In this document: piece after piece, positions 10,464 to 20,526 of the stretch
Position numbering within the stretch: the first letter of the stretch is position 1
Layout of the letters: every line of letters begins with the position of its first letter
Source of the DNA: an uncultured virus (IMG/VR IMGVR_UViG_3300042503_001397)
Lineage: Duplodnaviria > Heunggongvirae > Uroviricota > Caudoviricetes
Virus record (IMG/VR): IMGVR_UViG_3300042503_001397
DNA length: 64,000 nucleotides
Reading direction: 5' to 3' (one strand)
Notes under the pieces: model-generated
Database searches by the model: none
Told to the model about the DNA's origin: nothing
The model's input: only the letters and a program-made list of their open reading frames with translations
Program-made: the position numbers and the translations under genes

Positions 10464-10883
10464 TTATTTTCCAGTTGAACCAAATCCACCATCACCCCTT
10501 TCAGTATCCGATAACTCAGCTACTTCATCAAACTCAATTGGAGGATGTGGAATAATCATAATTTGTGCACCTCTATCACCAACTTCATATTTAGGCCTAA
10601 ATCCAGTTGTTTTAAAGGTAGCTTGTAATTCACCTCTATATCCACTATCAATTACACCAACTGAATTTGATAAAATTAAATCAGTTTTTCTAATAGATGA
10701 ACGAGGGAATACTAATCCTACAAATCCATAAGGAATTTCAAGTGCAATACCAAATCCATAAGTAATATCTCCCTCACTTCTAGCAATGATAGATGTAATA
10801 ACTAAATCCATTCCAGCATCACCATCTTTTGCATATGATGGGATTACTGCATTTTCATTAAGCTTCTTTATTCGTACTTTCAT
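10464..10883 (-). CDS. dut: Trimeric dUTPase
   Basis: AGMDL, PRSS, GVIDSGYRGE, RGDGGFGSTG. Confidence 0.97.
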   Translation of the reverse strand: MKVRIKKLNENAVIPSYAKDGDAGMDLVITSIIARSEGDITYGFGIALEIPYGFVGLVFPRSSIRKTDLILSNSVGVIDSGYRGELQATFKTTGFRPKYEVGDRGAQIMIIPHPPIEFDEVAELSDTERGDGGFGSTGK

Positions 10884-11214
10884 TTTCTAAATTTTGTTTT
10901 ACTAATTCAGCTTGCTTTGTTTGAAACTCTCTCATTTCTTTACCTTCTTTGGAAAGTTCTCTAGCAAATAATTTAAATTTCTTACCAGTTTCTCTGTTTG
11001 TAAACGAGATGTAAGCATCTTTTGTGTTACTAACCGTAAATGTAACTGTTGGGTCTTCATCTGTCATATCTTCACTAGTCCAAGCAAAGATTTGTGGTTC
11101 ATCTTCATCAAACTGAAATACCCATTCACATTGTTCTAACTTTTCAGGTGGTGTCATTTTTATTTCACCAATTGGTTCTAATTTTTCTTCTTTTGTTTTT
11201 TTAGCCTTTGCCAT
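10858..11214 (-). CDS. Hypothetical protein
   Basis: 118-aa ORF within the operon. Confidence 0.65.
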   Translation of the reverse strand: MAKAKKTKEEKLEPIGEIKMTPPEKLEQCEWVFQFDEDEPQIFAWTSEDMTDEDPTVTFTVSNTKDAYISFTNRETGKKFKLFARELSKEGKEMREFQTKQAELVKQNLENESTNKEA

Positions 11215-11231
11215 AATTTTTCTTTTTATTT

Positions 11232-12443
11232 TTATCTCCCTACTTCTGATAGGTATTTAGCTTTCATTTCTTCCCAACTAATTCCAATAGCATCTATATA
11301 GAATAAGTGTTCGGGTTTAATTCTTCCTTCATCGTGTAGTTTTGTATATCTACTGATTGCATGTTTCTTCCACCATTTGTTAATGTATTCAGTACCTTGC
11401 TTAAACTTATTTTTGATGATTAATTTATCTTCGGTAATTTCGTTACGAAGAAATTCATTTCCATTCTCATACATCATAGCTAAGTACACACCTCTTTTAA
11501 ATCCGTGATGATATTCAGTTGCCTTAATACCACACTCTTTGAATATCTTACCTAATATCTTTTGTTTGATACCACTAACAGGTCCGTTTCTTTCATAACC
11601 CATATTAGCTCCATTACGGGCTCTTTCTTCGGTAATGTTTTCGGAATACCATTCTGCATGATTTTCTTTAATCCATTGATGCCACGGGTCATAGAATTTA
11701 TCATCCGGCTTCAAACTAATCTTACCAGCCGATTCACCTAAAGTTTTGAATAAGGGGATACCATTATATTGAGAGTGAATACCATATAAAGATGTTGTAC
11801 CTACTGCAATCAATATATTCTTATACTTCTCTTTCCAATAGTTTCTAACTTCAGGTACAGTAGTCATCATAGCGATTAATTTACCACCTAAAAAGTTATA
11901 ACCTAATGGTTGAGTACATACAATAGTAGAAGCAATAGTAGTGTTGTTTAACTTACCATCAACAAACTTATTATCTTTAGTCCAACCAATGAAGTTATCT
12001 CTAACTCCCATAGCGGTTACATCGGATGCTAATGAAATTTGTCCTAATAGTTTTCCACTCACTCTATCCTTTACATTAATCTTTACATTACGGCCAGGGT
12101 TTGCTGTAAAATCCATTGTGTGAATCATACGTCTTACCGCTGCCCATTTAGTAGATTCTTTTGGGTCATCCACAATCTCAACGTAAGGGTCTAACGATTC
12201 AATTTCTTTTATCGTTAGCTCCTTATTGTTGATATCAGTTGGTTTCCATTGAGAATCATAATAAGATGCTATTTGGGCTTTTGCTTGAATCATTGTAGGT
12301 TCTTGCAATTCTACCCACTTCTTATACAAAGTTTGTTCTTGTACAGACATTGTCATAAGGTAATCCATATTTTCTATTAACTTTGATTTTTCAGATTCAA
12401 AGTCAAAGACAGGTTTTTGTGGTTCAGTATCCCAAAAGCTCAT
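11232..12443 (-). CDS. DUF4338 / Druantia DruA-like protein (probable GNAT-related fold)
   Basis: PGRN..I.V.D..SGKLLG.ISLASD....RDNFIGW; QPLGYNFLGGKLIA; TTSLYG..SQYN. Confidence 0.7.
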   Translation of the reverse strand: MSFWDTEPQKPVFDFESEKSKLIENMDYLMTMSVQEQTLYKKWVELQEPTMIQAKAQIASYYDSQWKPTDINNKELTIKEIESLDPYVEIVDDPKESTKWAAVRRMIHTMDFTANPGRNVKINVKDRVSGKLLGQISLASDVTAMGVRDNFIGWTKDNKFVDGKLNNTTIASTIVCTQPLGYNFLGGKLIAMMTTVPEVRNYWKEKYKNILIAVGTTSLYGIHSQYNGIPLFKTLGESAGKISLKPDDKFYDPWHQWIKENHAEWYSENITEERARNGANMGYERNGPVSGIKQKILGKIFKECGIKATEYHHGFKRGVYLAMMYENGNEFLRNEITEDKLIIKNKFKQGTEYINKWWKKHAISRYTKLHDEGRIKPEHLFYIDAIGISWEEMKAKYLSEVGR

Positions 12444-12449
12444 ATTATA

Positions 12450-12629
12450 TTATTTTACGATTGCTCTAATTTGATTAGTTTCTATTGATGGTACATAAAT
12501 GTATATCTCCTTACCAGCATTTTCAATAAGAAATTTTTCTAAATTCAAATTCCATGTTTCAGTTTGATATAACTTACCATCTATTTCAAATACAGGTTCA
12601 CTTATTAATTTATAATGTTGGTTTGCCAT
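12450..12629 (-). CDS. Small hypothetical protein (59 aa)
   Basis: Hand-translated MANQHYKLISEPVFEIDGKLYQTETWNLNLEKFLIENAGKEIYIYVPSIETNQIRAIVK; fills the gap between flanking genes. Confidence 0.65.
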   Translation of the reverse strand: MANQHYKLISEPVFEIDGKLYQTETWNLNLEKFLIENAGKEIYIYVPSIETNQIRAIVK

Positions 12630-12630
12630 A

Positions 12631-13326
12631 TTACTTAATTTCTACTAAATAGTAATTTGAAGTGTAGTCACCATCAACGAATGCTACGTGCGATAATCCC
12701 TTAGATGAGATTTTCAATGAAGATGATTTAGAACCTTTGTTAGCCATTAAGATAGCTTTCAAATACTTTGCAGAAAATGCAATTGGTTCAATATCTTCTT
12801 TAGCAGTTGCTTCTACTGCAATTGAAATTCGGTTTGAGTTGATTGAAGAATATCCTAAGATAATTTCAGCTTTACCAGCCTTAACCGTAAATGTGAATGT
12901 ATCTGAATCAGATAATACACCTTTTGATTTGATGAACTTATTTACAAAGTCATCATCTAAGCTTACTTCCGTATCAAATGAAGGTAATGCTTTTAAATCA
13001 GGTACTGCAGGAATCACCGATGGTGCTGCTAACATATATTGTACCTTTGTTTTCTTATCAGAAAACTTCAATGCTCCAGTAACTTCTTCTACTGCAATTG
13101 TGTCATCCAATACACTCAATAATCCTTTTAATTGAGATGTAGTGTAAATACCAAACTCACCGCTTGGAAATTCACCACCTACTACTGTAACATCACCTAA
13201 TAAGGTTTTGTCATCTGAAATCATTCTTACCGATAAGTTCTTGTCATCGGATTTTACCATAACGGATTCAATCTCACCACCTAAGTTGTAACGATTTACG
13301 AAACCATCAAATTTGCTTTTGTTCAT
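12631..13326 (-). CDS. Sliding clamp (T4 gp45-like)
   Basis: EFGIYTTSQLKGLLSV, KISSKGLSHVAF...YYL; sits between PolB and the clamp loader. Start taken at ATG 13326, downstream of the promoter. Confidence 0.8.
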   Translation of the reverse strand: MNKSKFDGFVNRYNLGGEIESVMVKSDDKNLSVRMISDDKTLLGDVTVVGGEFPSGEFGIYTTSQLKGLLSVLDDTIAVEEVTGALKFSDKKTKVQYMLAAPSVIPAVPDLKALPSFDTEVSLDDDFVNKFIKSKGVLSDSDTFTFTVKAGKAEIILGYSSINSNRISIAVEATAKEDIEPIAFSAKYLKAILMANKGSKSSSLKISSKGLSHVAFVDGDYTSNYYLVEIK

Positions 13327-13362
13327 AATTGAAATTTTAAATTTATGTTTTAATTTGTTATA

Positions 13363-13395
13363 CAAATATACGAAAAATACCTGAAACTACCAAAT
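13363..13395 (-). promoter_or_regulatory. Bacteroidetes-type promoter
   Basis: ATTTG-N20-TATATTTG. Confidence 0.8.
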
Positions 13396-13399
13396 ATTC

Positions 13400-15922
13400 T
13401 TAAAAAGAAAAGAATTGTTCAGCGGTTTTTTGTGAAGAAAGTACTGCACCCCACCCTAAAGCCCCATAGAAGTCCTCTAATTTCTTCAATAATTCCCTTT
13501 CGAAGATTTTATCATAATCGATATACGTCCTCACCAAGTCCATTATTTCATCAGGGTCATCATGTCCTTTGAATCCAACCGCATCCAATCCATATGGGTT
13601 TTGTTTCAAATATACCCACTTAATCTTATCACCATCTCTCATTGGAGCGTGCTTAGCTGCACATTTGAAGTGAACTAATAATTGGTTATGTGCAATTGCT
13701 GCTTTAACGTGCGCCGGAGTTCCACTATTAAATTGGAACATTGCTCTATTATCTTTCTTCTTTGGAATATATTTTGATAATTCTTTTACTGCTGAGTTTT
13801 TAGCAATTGAAGTTACATCCATATTAACCAAGTCCTTTTTGAAATCATATATCCTGTCAGTTAGAACCATTTCAGTTTCACCTTGTAGAATTGAAATAAG
13901 GATACCACTCATAAACTTACGGAATTGTGCGGGGTACGATGAACGAACCACATCCAATCCTTTAACTTGCAACGTATCACAAGGAATACCATTCTCCGCA
14001 ATAATCCATTGAGCGTATCTTTTCTTAGCAATCCAAATACCACTTCTACTTACGAATTCTTTTTTGATTTGGAATCTATGTTTTGTTTTATCAACATTAA
14101 ATACTTTCTCAGCCAATACATCATAAAACTTATTTAAAAAGTCTTGTGTTTCACCAGCAATAGCATCCACCTTTAATGCAATTTCTGCATCAGTCAAATT
14201 TCTCCAATCTTTATAACGATGGTCTAAGATAGGTACTGCTGAAAAGAATACGGAATCCGTATCAATGTATATGTTAAAGTCTTGTCCGTTTGTTCCTAAT
14301 TCTTTATTGTATTTAATGTTAGCCATATCAGCCGTAGATTTAATTACAGTCTGACCTGTTGTTGTTACAGCCTCAGCGTTGTCCACATCATAGAAACGGA
14401 AAGCCGGCAAACCTAACACACCATACAAAGAGTTCAATAAGATTTTTTGTACCAACTGTCTTTTTTTATAGAAAGCGTATTTCTCTTTGTCACCACTCTC
14501 ACCATACTTCTTCTCTAATGCTCTAAACTCCACACGTTGTTTGAACCATAGGTCTAAGATATCAGGAATACAACCTACTTTATCAGTAGTGTAAAGAACT
14601 CCGTTAGATGATATAGCGTATTTACTTTCATCCAACAATTTTTTAAGATTATCTTTTGTAATACTTTTATCTCCTAAAAAGAAAGTATCAATTTCACCCT
14701 TCATAAACTTTTGTGCATCCCAATTATCAATCTTACCAACTTTAGTTTCTGGTGAAATGTTAGTTGTCATAATGATTGAAGGATATAGTGAAGTTAAATC
14801 CAAGTCATATATCCATTCGTACTTACCAACGATAGGTGCCTTCACATATGCTCCAATGAATTTCTCTTGGTCATTATCTCTAAGTGCTTGCATTCTTTCT
14901 TGTCTATCCGCAGGTTTGTTAGGAGCTACAATGTTTCTTCTCTTAAGGTAACATAACAATGCACCCTCTAAGTATTTCGATGAATAAACAAAGTCCTCAT
15001 ATGGAACGTGTCCAGCGTGACAGATACCTCTAGCCGTATCAATGAATTGTAACTTCTTATCCATATCAGCTACTAACTGAACATCGACTAAGTTATACTC
15101 AATAAACTTTTCAATATCATCTTTGAATAAATCATCTAAGTTACCAGAGTACTCAATCTTACCTCTACCCAATTCCTTCATCGCAATACTATCCAAACGA
15201 TAGTTATCTAATTCCGAATAGGTGAAGTTTTTATATAAAGCTAGGTAATCTAAATAAGATACGCCGGCCATATAGAATCTCTTACGATATGGAGACCAAA
15301 AACATTCACCTATTGGGCTTAATCTATTAGCGTGTTTAACACCTAATAGTCTTTTAATACGATTATATAAATAAGGAGTATCGAAGTTATCAATGTTCCA
15401 ACCAGTTACGATTGTTGGATTGATGTATTCATACAATTCTAAATATTTCATACACATATCCCTCTCATCTTTGAAAGGAATTACAGTACGATTGCCGGTC
15501 TTCTTCTCACTCATTTTACCAGCTTTGTCCATAATCAAAACCCAATAATGATTAGTAGCAGAATCATGCAAACCAATTGCCGTTAATTCATTTTCTGATT
15601 TTTCTACATCAGGCAAACCACTATCCATTTCACACTCAATATCATATGTAAGCGTAACGTGTCCTTCTGATGGTATATCTGAATCAGTATATGTATCAAC
15701 CAAAACTCTAGTGGTTTCGGCTACATCGGATTCAAATAAATTCGGGTCATCTTTTGTGAATTTAAAAATCTTATCTAACTTATCTCCATACAAAGATGTG
15801 TATTGTCCTCTTTGTGCTTTTTCATAAGCATACCTAACATACGGAAAGGTTCTATATCCTAACTTATCATCCCAAATGTGTACTAAATTTCTTTCTCTCT
15901 GATAATAAATATTTTGATACAT
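13400..15922 (-). CDS. Family B DNA polymerase (T4 gp43-like)
   Basis: Exonuclease YDIE, GWNIDNFD, YNLVDV; polymerase DLTSLYPS, KILLNSLYG, YIDTDS. Confidence 0.97.
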   Translation of the reverse strand: MYQNIYYQRERNLVHIWDDKLGYRTFPYVRYAYEKAQRGQYTSLYGDKLDKIFKFTKDDPNLFESDVAETTRVLVDTYTDSDIPSEGHVTLTYDIECEMDSGLPDVEKSENELTAIGLHDSATNHYWVLIMDKAGKMSEKKTGNRTVIPFKDERDMCMKYLELYEYINPTIVTGWNIDNFDTPYLYNRIKRLLGVKHANRLSPIGECFWSPYRKRFYMAGVSYLDYLALYKNFTYSELDNYRLDSIAMKELGRGKIEYSGNLDDLFKDDIEKFIEYNLVDVQLVADMDKKLQFIDTARGICHAGHVPYEDFVYSSKYLEGALLCYLKRRNIVAPNKPADRQERMQALRDNDQEKFIGAYVKAPIVGKYEWIYDLDLTSLYPSIIMTTNISPETKVGKIDNWDAQKFMKGEIDTFFLGDKSITKDNLKKLLDESKYAISSNGVLYTTDKVGCIPDILDLWFKQRVEFRALEKKYGESGDKEKYAFYKKRQLVQKILLNSLYGVLGLPAFRFYDVDNAEAVTTTGQTVIKSTADMANIKYNKELGTNGQDFNIYIDTDSVFFSAVPILDHRYKDWRNLTDAEIALKVDAIAGETQDFLNKFYDVLAEKVFNVDKTKHRFQIKKEFVSRSGIWIAKKRYAQWIIAENGIPCDTLQVKGLDVVRSSYPAQFRKFMSGILISILQGETEMVLTDRIYDFKKDLVNMDVTSIAKNSAVKELSKYIPKKKDNRAMFQFNSGTPAHVKAAIAHNQLLVHFKCAAKHAPMRDGDKIKWVYLKQNPYGLDAVGFKGHDDPDEIMDLVRTYIDYDKIFERELLKKLEDFYGALGWGAVLSSQKTAEQFFSF

Positions 15923-17038
15923 CTATGCTTTTAATTTTATATTTAATTGTTGTAACATTCTACCTTCGTTTTCTGAAAGTTCTAATGCTCTTTCTATACT
16001 TTTAATCTCTCTATCCTTTCTATAATTATCGTCATCCAATATTTTATCTAGCATTTCAAACAGGTCTTTTTTAAATTTAAAAAACAATCCGTTTGGTTCT
16101 ATTTCCTGATAACATAAAGATTCTTGATATATCATTGGAGTACCATTCATCAAACAATCCGTTGCTGATACACTCCAACCATAATTCGTTTGCCTCATTT
16201 GAATACCGACTTTACATTGTTGTAATCTACCATAGTATTCATGCTTTGGAAGTTTAGTTGAATCAATCCAGCTATGTTCCGGCGTTCCTTTTAATTGAGG
16301 CACCCATACACTAAAATCTTGTCTACGTTCTCTATATTCCTCCATCAATTTAATGAAAGTAGGGTATCCTTTATAAGCTGCTGCTCTATGATTGAATACT
16401 ATAATATTTCGTTTTTCTTCTGATGCTGATTCAATTACATTTTGTTTTGGTAGTCCCAAATTCCATACCACCAAAATATCATCTAACTTTTTAACAAACT
16501 CATCATTGAACCAAATCTTAGCTTCTTCCAATACTCTATTCTTTTGGTCTTGTGTATTAAGGTAACAAGTTTCCATTTGAGATATACCTAATAGTTCAAT
16601 AGGCATCCATCTCCATTTATTCTTTCTATCTTCCGCATTGCAGGTTTTCATTTCCCACCAATGGCAATATCCAATAATTTTTGTGTTGAAATCGTTTTTG
16701 TATCTACCAACTTGAGGCCAATCAGGCAAATGTGAGTAGATAACATCATACTCTAATGTTTCTAATAATCGATTGAAGTCGGGCGGATAGGTACGCATTT
16801 TAATCATATCGCCAGAGAAGGGTAAGATATGCTGCTTTACATTTAGTAAATTCAGTTTCCTAACCGGCTCTGGTAATATAATATTCCAAAAGTATTCACC
16901 GTGTTGCTCTAAACCTTTTATGTGGTTGTAGATAACATCAACGAATGAATCCTTTTCTATATTAGCGGAATTGGTGATATTAGGTATCACCAAAACACGC
17001 CTTGCTTCTTTACTTAATTGTCCTTCCCAAAATGTCAT
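15923..17038 (-). CDS. GT-B glycosyltransferase, possibly DNA-acting
   Basis: IVFNHRAAAYKGY and WSVSATDCLMNGTP motif; abuts the PolB start. Confidence 0.7.
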   Translation of the reverse strand: MTFWEGQLSKEARRVLVIPNITNSANIEKDSFVDVIYNHIKGLEQHGEYFWNIILPEPVRKLNLLNVKQHILPFSGDMIKMRTYPPDFNRLLETLEYDVIYSHLPDWPQVGRYKNDFNTKIIGYCHWWEMKTCNAEDRKNKWRWMPIELLGISQMETCYLNTQDQKNRVLEEAKIWFNDEFVKKLDDILVVWNLGLPKQNVIESASEEKRNIIVFNHRAAAYKGYPTFIKLMEEYRERRQDFSVWVPQLKGTPEHSWIDSTKLPKHEYYGRLQQCKVGIQMRQTNYGWSVSATDCLMNGTPMIYQESLCYQEIEPNGLFFKFKKDLFEMLDKILDDDNYRKDREIKSIERALELSENEGRMLQQLNIKLKA

Positions 17039-17048
17039 TAATTATTAT

Positions 17049-18524
17049 TTAATTTAAAAGTGATTTGTACTCATCACCACTCATATTCAACTTTTTAAGA
17101 TTATGAGATTTGCTAGTTACTACAAGATTATCATATTCAGTAACACCACCTTTTTTCTTTCCCCAACTTCTAGGAATATAATGGTCACCAACCAACTTCT
17201 TATTATCCAAAGGTTGTCCATCGTAGAAATCAATTCTACCTTGCTCTTCCCATTTTCTGATAATTTGGTCTCTAGTAAAATCACGATTATCAATTTCAAT
17301 TACCCCAAAAGAATCCATATTTTCTTTTAATTCCTTATCCAATATATAAGTGATTGTACCAATTGCTTTTGGATTTTTACCACCAAATAGTTTATTGAAT
17401 GGCTCCATTTGCTCATCATCAGTACCAAACATTAATTCATCAGCATACAACTTACCACCAGTCTTTTTATCGGTATTACTCCATTTATCATATACTTCAA
17501 AAAACTTATTTACATAGGTTTCTATAATAAGCTTTCCGTATTTGTTTTTTAACTCATAACCATATAAAATTAACATTTGAGAAAACATTGGTACAAGTTT
17601 ATATTTTCTATCAGATGCAACAGATGTAATGATATCATAAGAAAATTGAATTAGTGGTTCTAAAACCGATTCTTTATAATCTTCAAATTGTTCTTCGGTA
17701 GATAAGATACCATTGGTGGCCTGAGCCTTTGTAATCCAATCGGTGTGTTTTCCTTGTGTAAGTCCATTACGATAACCATTATGTTGTAACATAATCATTT
17801 CGGAAACAAACTCATCTACTTCCATACGGCCGTTGATTACGAACCCTTCGGAGAAATTAGATAATTTCCATTTTTTCTTCTTTCCACTATCAATTAATGT
17901 TCTATCAAATAGTTTATGCTTATTTTCAAATCTTGATATATTACGAATATATTCAGATAATCTACCACGAATAGCGTTTCTCTTTTCTTGTGGTTTCATT
18001 TCATTTGAATTATTCAAAACATTAATGAATAAATCAGCCGTTTGAGAATCTGATAAGTTTTCGTACCACTTACAGCTAATTCTATAAGAAAGTATTGTTT
18101 GATATAAATTTGGTTCGTTTTGTCTAATCCAATCTATATTCTTTTCGCGCAAATCAATACCATTGATTATAAAAGAGTCATGTTTTGGTAAACAAAACTC
18201 ACCATTTATAAAATCCAAAATAGATGTTATTCTTTGCTGCCCGTCAATAAGTTCAAAGATAAAAGATTTTCCTTTCTTAACAACTCTAATATGAATTTCA
18301 GGAATCTTTTTATACGAATTGAGAATAACAGTTAGCATTATACCTTGTTTAAAGGTAAGAGATGCTACTTTTTCTCTTTGATACTCCCTAGCCCCAGTTT
18401 CAATTTTTGGAGTTTTAGAGTCTGTTAAATACGAAATACTAACATCTCCATCGTAAGATGTTGGTTTGTTTGTTTGGCCAAAGCTTTCTTCGGCGATTTC
18501 ACAATAAATGAAATTTTCAGTCAT
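17049..18524 (-). CDS. DUF262 + HNH protein (GmrSD/SspE-like architecture)
   Basis: YQRE, ELIDGQQRITS, LF...NN (DUF262); C-terminal DHYIP...GG...NL...HNLKK (HNH). Confidence 0.85.
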   Translation of the reverse strand: MTENFIYCEIAEESFGQTNKPTSYDGDVSISYLTDSKTPKIETGAREYQREKVASLTFKQGIMLTVILNSYKKIPEIHIRVVKKGKSFIFELIDGQQRITSILDFINGEFCLPKHDSFIINGIDLREKNIDWIRQNEPNLYQTILSYRISCKWYENLSDSQTADLFINVLNNSNEMKPQEKRNAIRGRLSEYIRNISRFENKHKLFDRTLIDSGKKKKWKLSNFSEGFVINGRMEVDEFVSEMIMLQHNGYRNGLTQGKHTDWITKAQATNGILSTEEQFEDYKESVLEPLIQFSYDIITSVASDRKYKLVPMFSQMLILYGYELKNKYGKLIIETYVNKFFEVYDKWSNTDKKTGGKLYADELMFGTDDEQMEPFNKLFGGKNPKAIGTITYILDKELKENMDSFGVIEIDNRDFTRDQIIRKWEEQGRIDFYDGQPLDNKKLVGDHYIPRSWGKKKGGVTEYDNLVVTSKSHNLKKLNMSGDEYKSLLN

Positions 18525-18613
18525 AGTTTAAAATTTGCGATAATATCTTAACCTCTAATTTATAATTTTTTTGGGTTTTTAGATATCATCAGTTTTATAA
18601 ATTGTTTACTATG

Positions 18614-18646
18614 TAAAGGTACGAATAATTTGTGAATTCGCCAAAT
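18614..18646 (-). promoter_or_regulatory. Bacteroidetes-type promoter for the DUF262-HNH gene
   Basis: ATTTG-N20-TACCTTTA. Confidence 0.65.
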
Positions 18647-18662
18647 CTTTTTTACTATTTAT

Positions 18663-18691
18663 TATAACTGATTGATTATCAATGAGTTATA
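18663..18691. repeat. 29-bp near-perfect palindrome
   Basis: TATAACT-G-ATTGAT-T-ATCAAT-G-AGTTATA: 1-nt centre, one mismatched pair. Confidence 0.8.
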
Positions 18692-18693
18692 TA

Positions 18694-19494
18694 TTACCAA
18701 AAATTTTCAGTACCTTCCGGTACTTCGTATGTAGTTAGATGATGTACCACTTCTGTGTTGTATGAAGCGGTATCTTTTGGATACGGCCTGATTTCGTGCT
18801 TTAATCGTTTCATCAAATCCTTCTTTTCTTTTTTATCTTGCGCAAGTATTTGAACATATCTATGTTTTGGTGGTTCTTCCCTTCTCCAAAACTCTTTATA
18901 TCCTTGCTTACCAATTTCCATTTGTAAGTGTGCTAAGTTACCACTACCCCACATTGAAAATACAGTTCTACTATGAATCCATTGATACGGGTCTTTGTGT
19001 AATGATATACCCCAATTTGGCATCAATGCAATATCCGTAGATAATCCTTGATAAATCCAATTGGTAGCTTGGTATATTCCTCCCAAGTGAGCTTGTCCGT
19101 TATCAGCGTATGAAAGTAATACCTTAATATTCTTATCATGCTCTTTTAACCATTTGAAAGATTGTCCTAATGCAAATGATTCAATATTAGAACCATAACC
19201 ATCATCACAATATAAACGTGTCAATTCTAAAATGTTATCTTTGGTCAATCCTTCACAAATAGAAGTGGATGCTTTTGCTCCAACAGGAAACCCATAGATT
19301 AAACAACCTATAAGTTTATCACCATCAAAGGTATTAGCATCTTCTGATTTGTAATATATTCCAATTGCATATCTACAAGCTGTCCAAGCGTGAGTATAGT
19401 GCTTCTTAACAATAATATCTTTAGCGATACTCTTTGCTATTGGAGCTACATATACTTTGGATGTATCACAATAATTTTTACCTTCTACCTTCAT
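18694..19494 (-). CDS. Mom-like adenine-modification GNAT protein (paralog 2)
   Basis: KKHY, LELTRL, SNIESF, LLSYAD, HLGGIYQATNWIYQG, KHRY. Confidence 0.8.
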   Translation of the reverse strand: MKVEGKNYCDTSKVYVAPIAKSIAKDIIVKKHYTHAWTACRYAIGIYYKSEDANTFDGDKLIGCLIYGFPVGAKASTSICEGLTKDNILELTRLYCDDGYGSNIESFALGQSFKWLKEHDKNIKVLLSYADNGQAHLGGIYQATNWIYQGLSTDIALMPNWGISLHKDPYQWIHSRTVFSMWGSGNLAHLQMEIGKQGYKEFWRREEPPKHRYVQILAQDKKEKKDLMKRLKHEIRPYPKDTASYNTEVVHHLTTYEVPEGTENFW

Positions 19495-19732
19495 TCTTTT
19501 TTGCTTGTTTTGCTTTTTCTAAAATAGATAAACTTCTCTCAGCCTTTGCTAATTTTTGTCTTTGTTTCAAATCTTTTACATAACCAGCAGGATATTTGTT
19601 CTCTACTGATATAGGTCCATTTGGGAATTTATCCAAATCGTATTTCCAAATTGATTCACATCCATCATCATCTTTGTAGATATGTTCAAATTTACGTGGT
19701 TTATCCTTAGCGCTGGGTTCTACTCTTGCCAT
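19478..19732 (-). CDS. Hypothetical protein
   Basis: 84-aa ORF just downstream of a promoter. Confidence 0.65.
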   Translation of the reverse strand: MARVEPSAKDKPRKFEHIYKDDDGCESIWKYDLDKFPNGPISVENKYPAGYVKDLKQRQKLAKAERSLSILEKAKQAKKNEGRR

Positions 19733-19739
19733 AACATTA

Positions 19740-19772
19740 CAAATATACGAAATTAATCTGAAACTACCAAAT
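19740..19772 (-). promoter_or_regulatory. Bacteroidetes-type promoter
   Basis: ATTTG-N20-TATATTTG, overlapping the 3' end of Mom paralog 1. Confidence 0.78.
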
Positions 19773-20526
19773 CTATCGGCTCCATTTTATGAACTTCATC
19801 GATAATATCCAACTCTACCTTTGGATATGGGAATACCTCATGTTTAAGCGATTTTAAGAGGGCTTTACGTTCCTTTTTATCTTTGGTTAGAATATACACA
19901 TAGCGATGCTTACGGGGTTCTCTTTTAATCCAGAATGGGCTTGTAACCATTGTCTGAATTATCTTTGGGTCATTCGTTCCGTACTTCACATAGGATGTCC
20001 GAGAATGATGCCATTCATCATCTTCACTCCATTTGAAACTCCAACTATCTGACCATCTGATTTTGTTACCTTGATATATCCAATTAGTAGCTTGATATAC
20101 CGTTCCTAAGTGCCCAGCGTTTGGGTCTGAATAAGATATTAGGGCTTTGATACGAGGTACATTAGTTCTTAACCATTCAAAAGATTGTCCAACGAACCAA
20201 CTCTCAATGTTACTACCATATCCATCGAATACGAATAGTCGTGTTAATTCTAATACACCATCTCTAGGAAGTAATTCGGAAATTGATGCGCCGGCATTTC
20301 TACCAACCGGGTCACCATAACAGGCAACTCCAACTAATTGTTCATTCACTCCACTAAAGAATGAATGTTCATCATCGGATATATAAAATAATCCAATGGC
20401 ATAGGATACCTTTGTCCATATTCCACTATAATGGTTATTGACAATGATATCCTTTGCTATGTTCTTATTAATCTCTCTAATTGAAAATTTAGAGATATCG
20501 CAATATTGTTTACCTTCTACTTTCAT
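19753..20526 (-). CDS. Mom-like adenine-modification GNAT protein (paralog 1)
   Basis: NNHY, LELTRL, SNIESW, LISYSD, HLGTVYQATNWIYQG, KHRY. Confidence 0.8.
   Translation of the reverse strand: MKVEGKQYCDISKFSIREINKNIAKDIIVNNHYSGIWTKVSYAIGLFYISDDEHSFFSGVNEQLVGVACYGDPVGRNAGASISELLPRDGVLELTRLFVFDGYGSNIESWFVGQSFEWLRTNVPRIKALISYSDPNAGHLGTVYQATNWIYQGNKIRWSDSWSFKWSEDDEWHHSRTSYVKYGTNDPKIIQTMVTSPFWIKREPRKHRYVYILTKDKKERKALLKSLKHEVFPYPKVELDIIDEVHKMEPIDLVVSD

Noticed and set aside
11232..12443. Complete Druantia defence system
   Set aside because: No DruE helicase or other Dru genes are nearby, and the context is a phage replisome.
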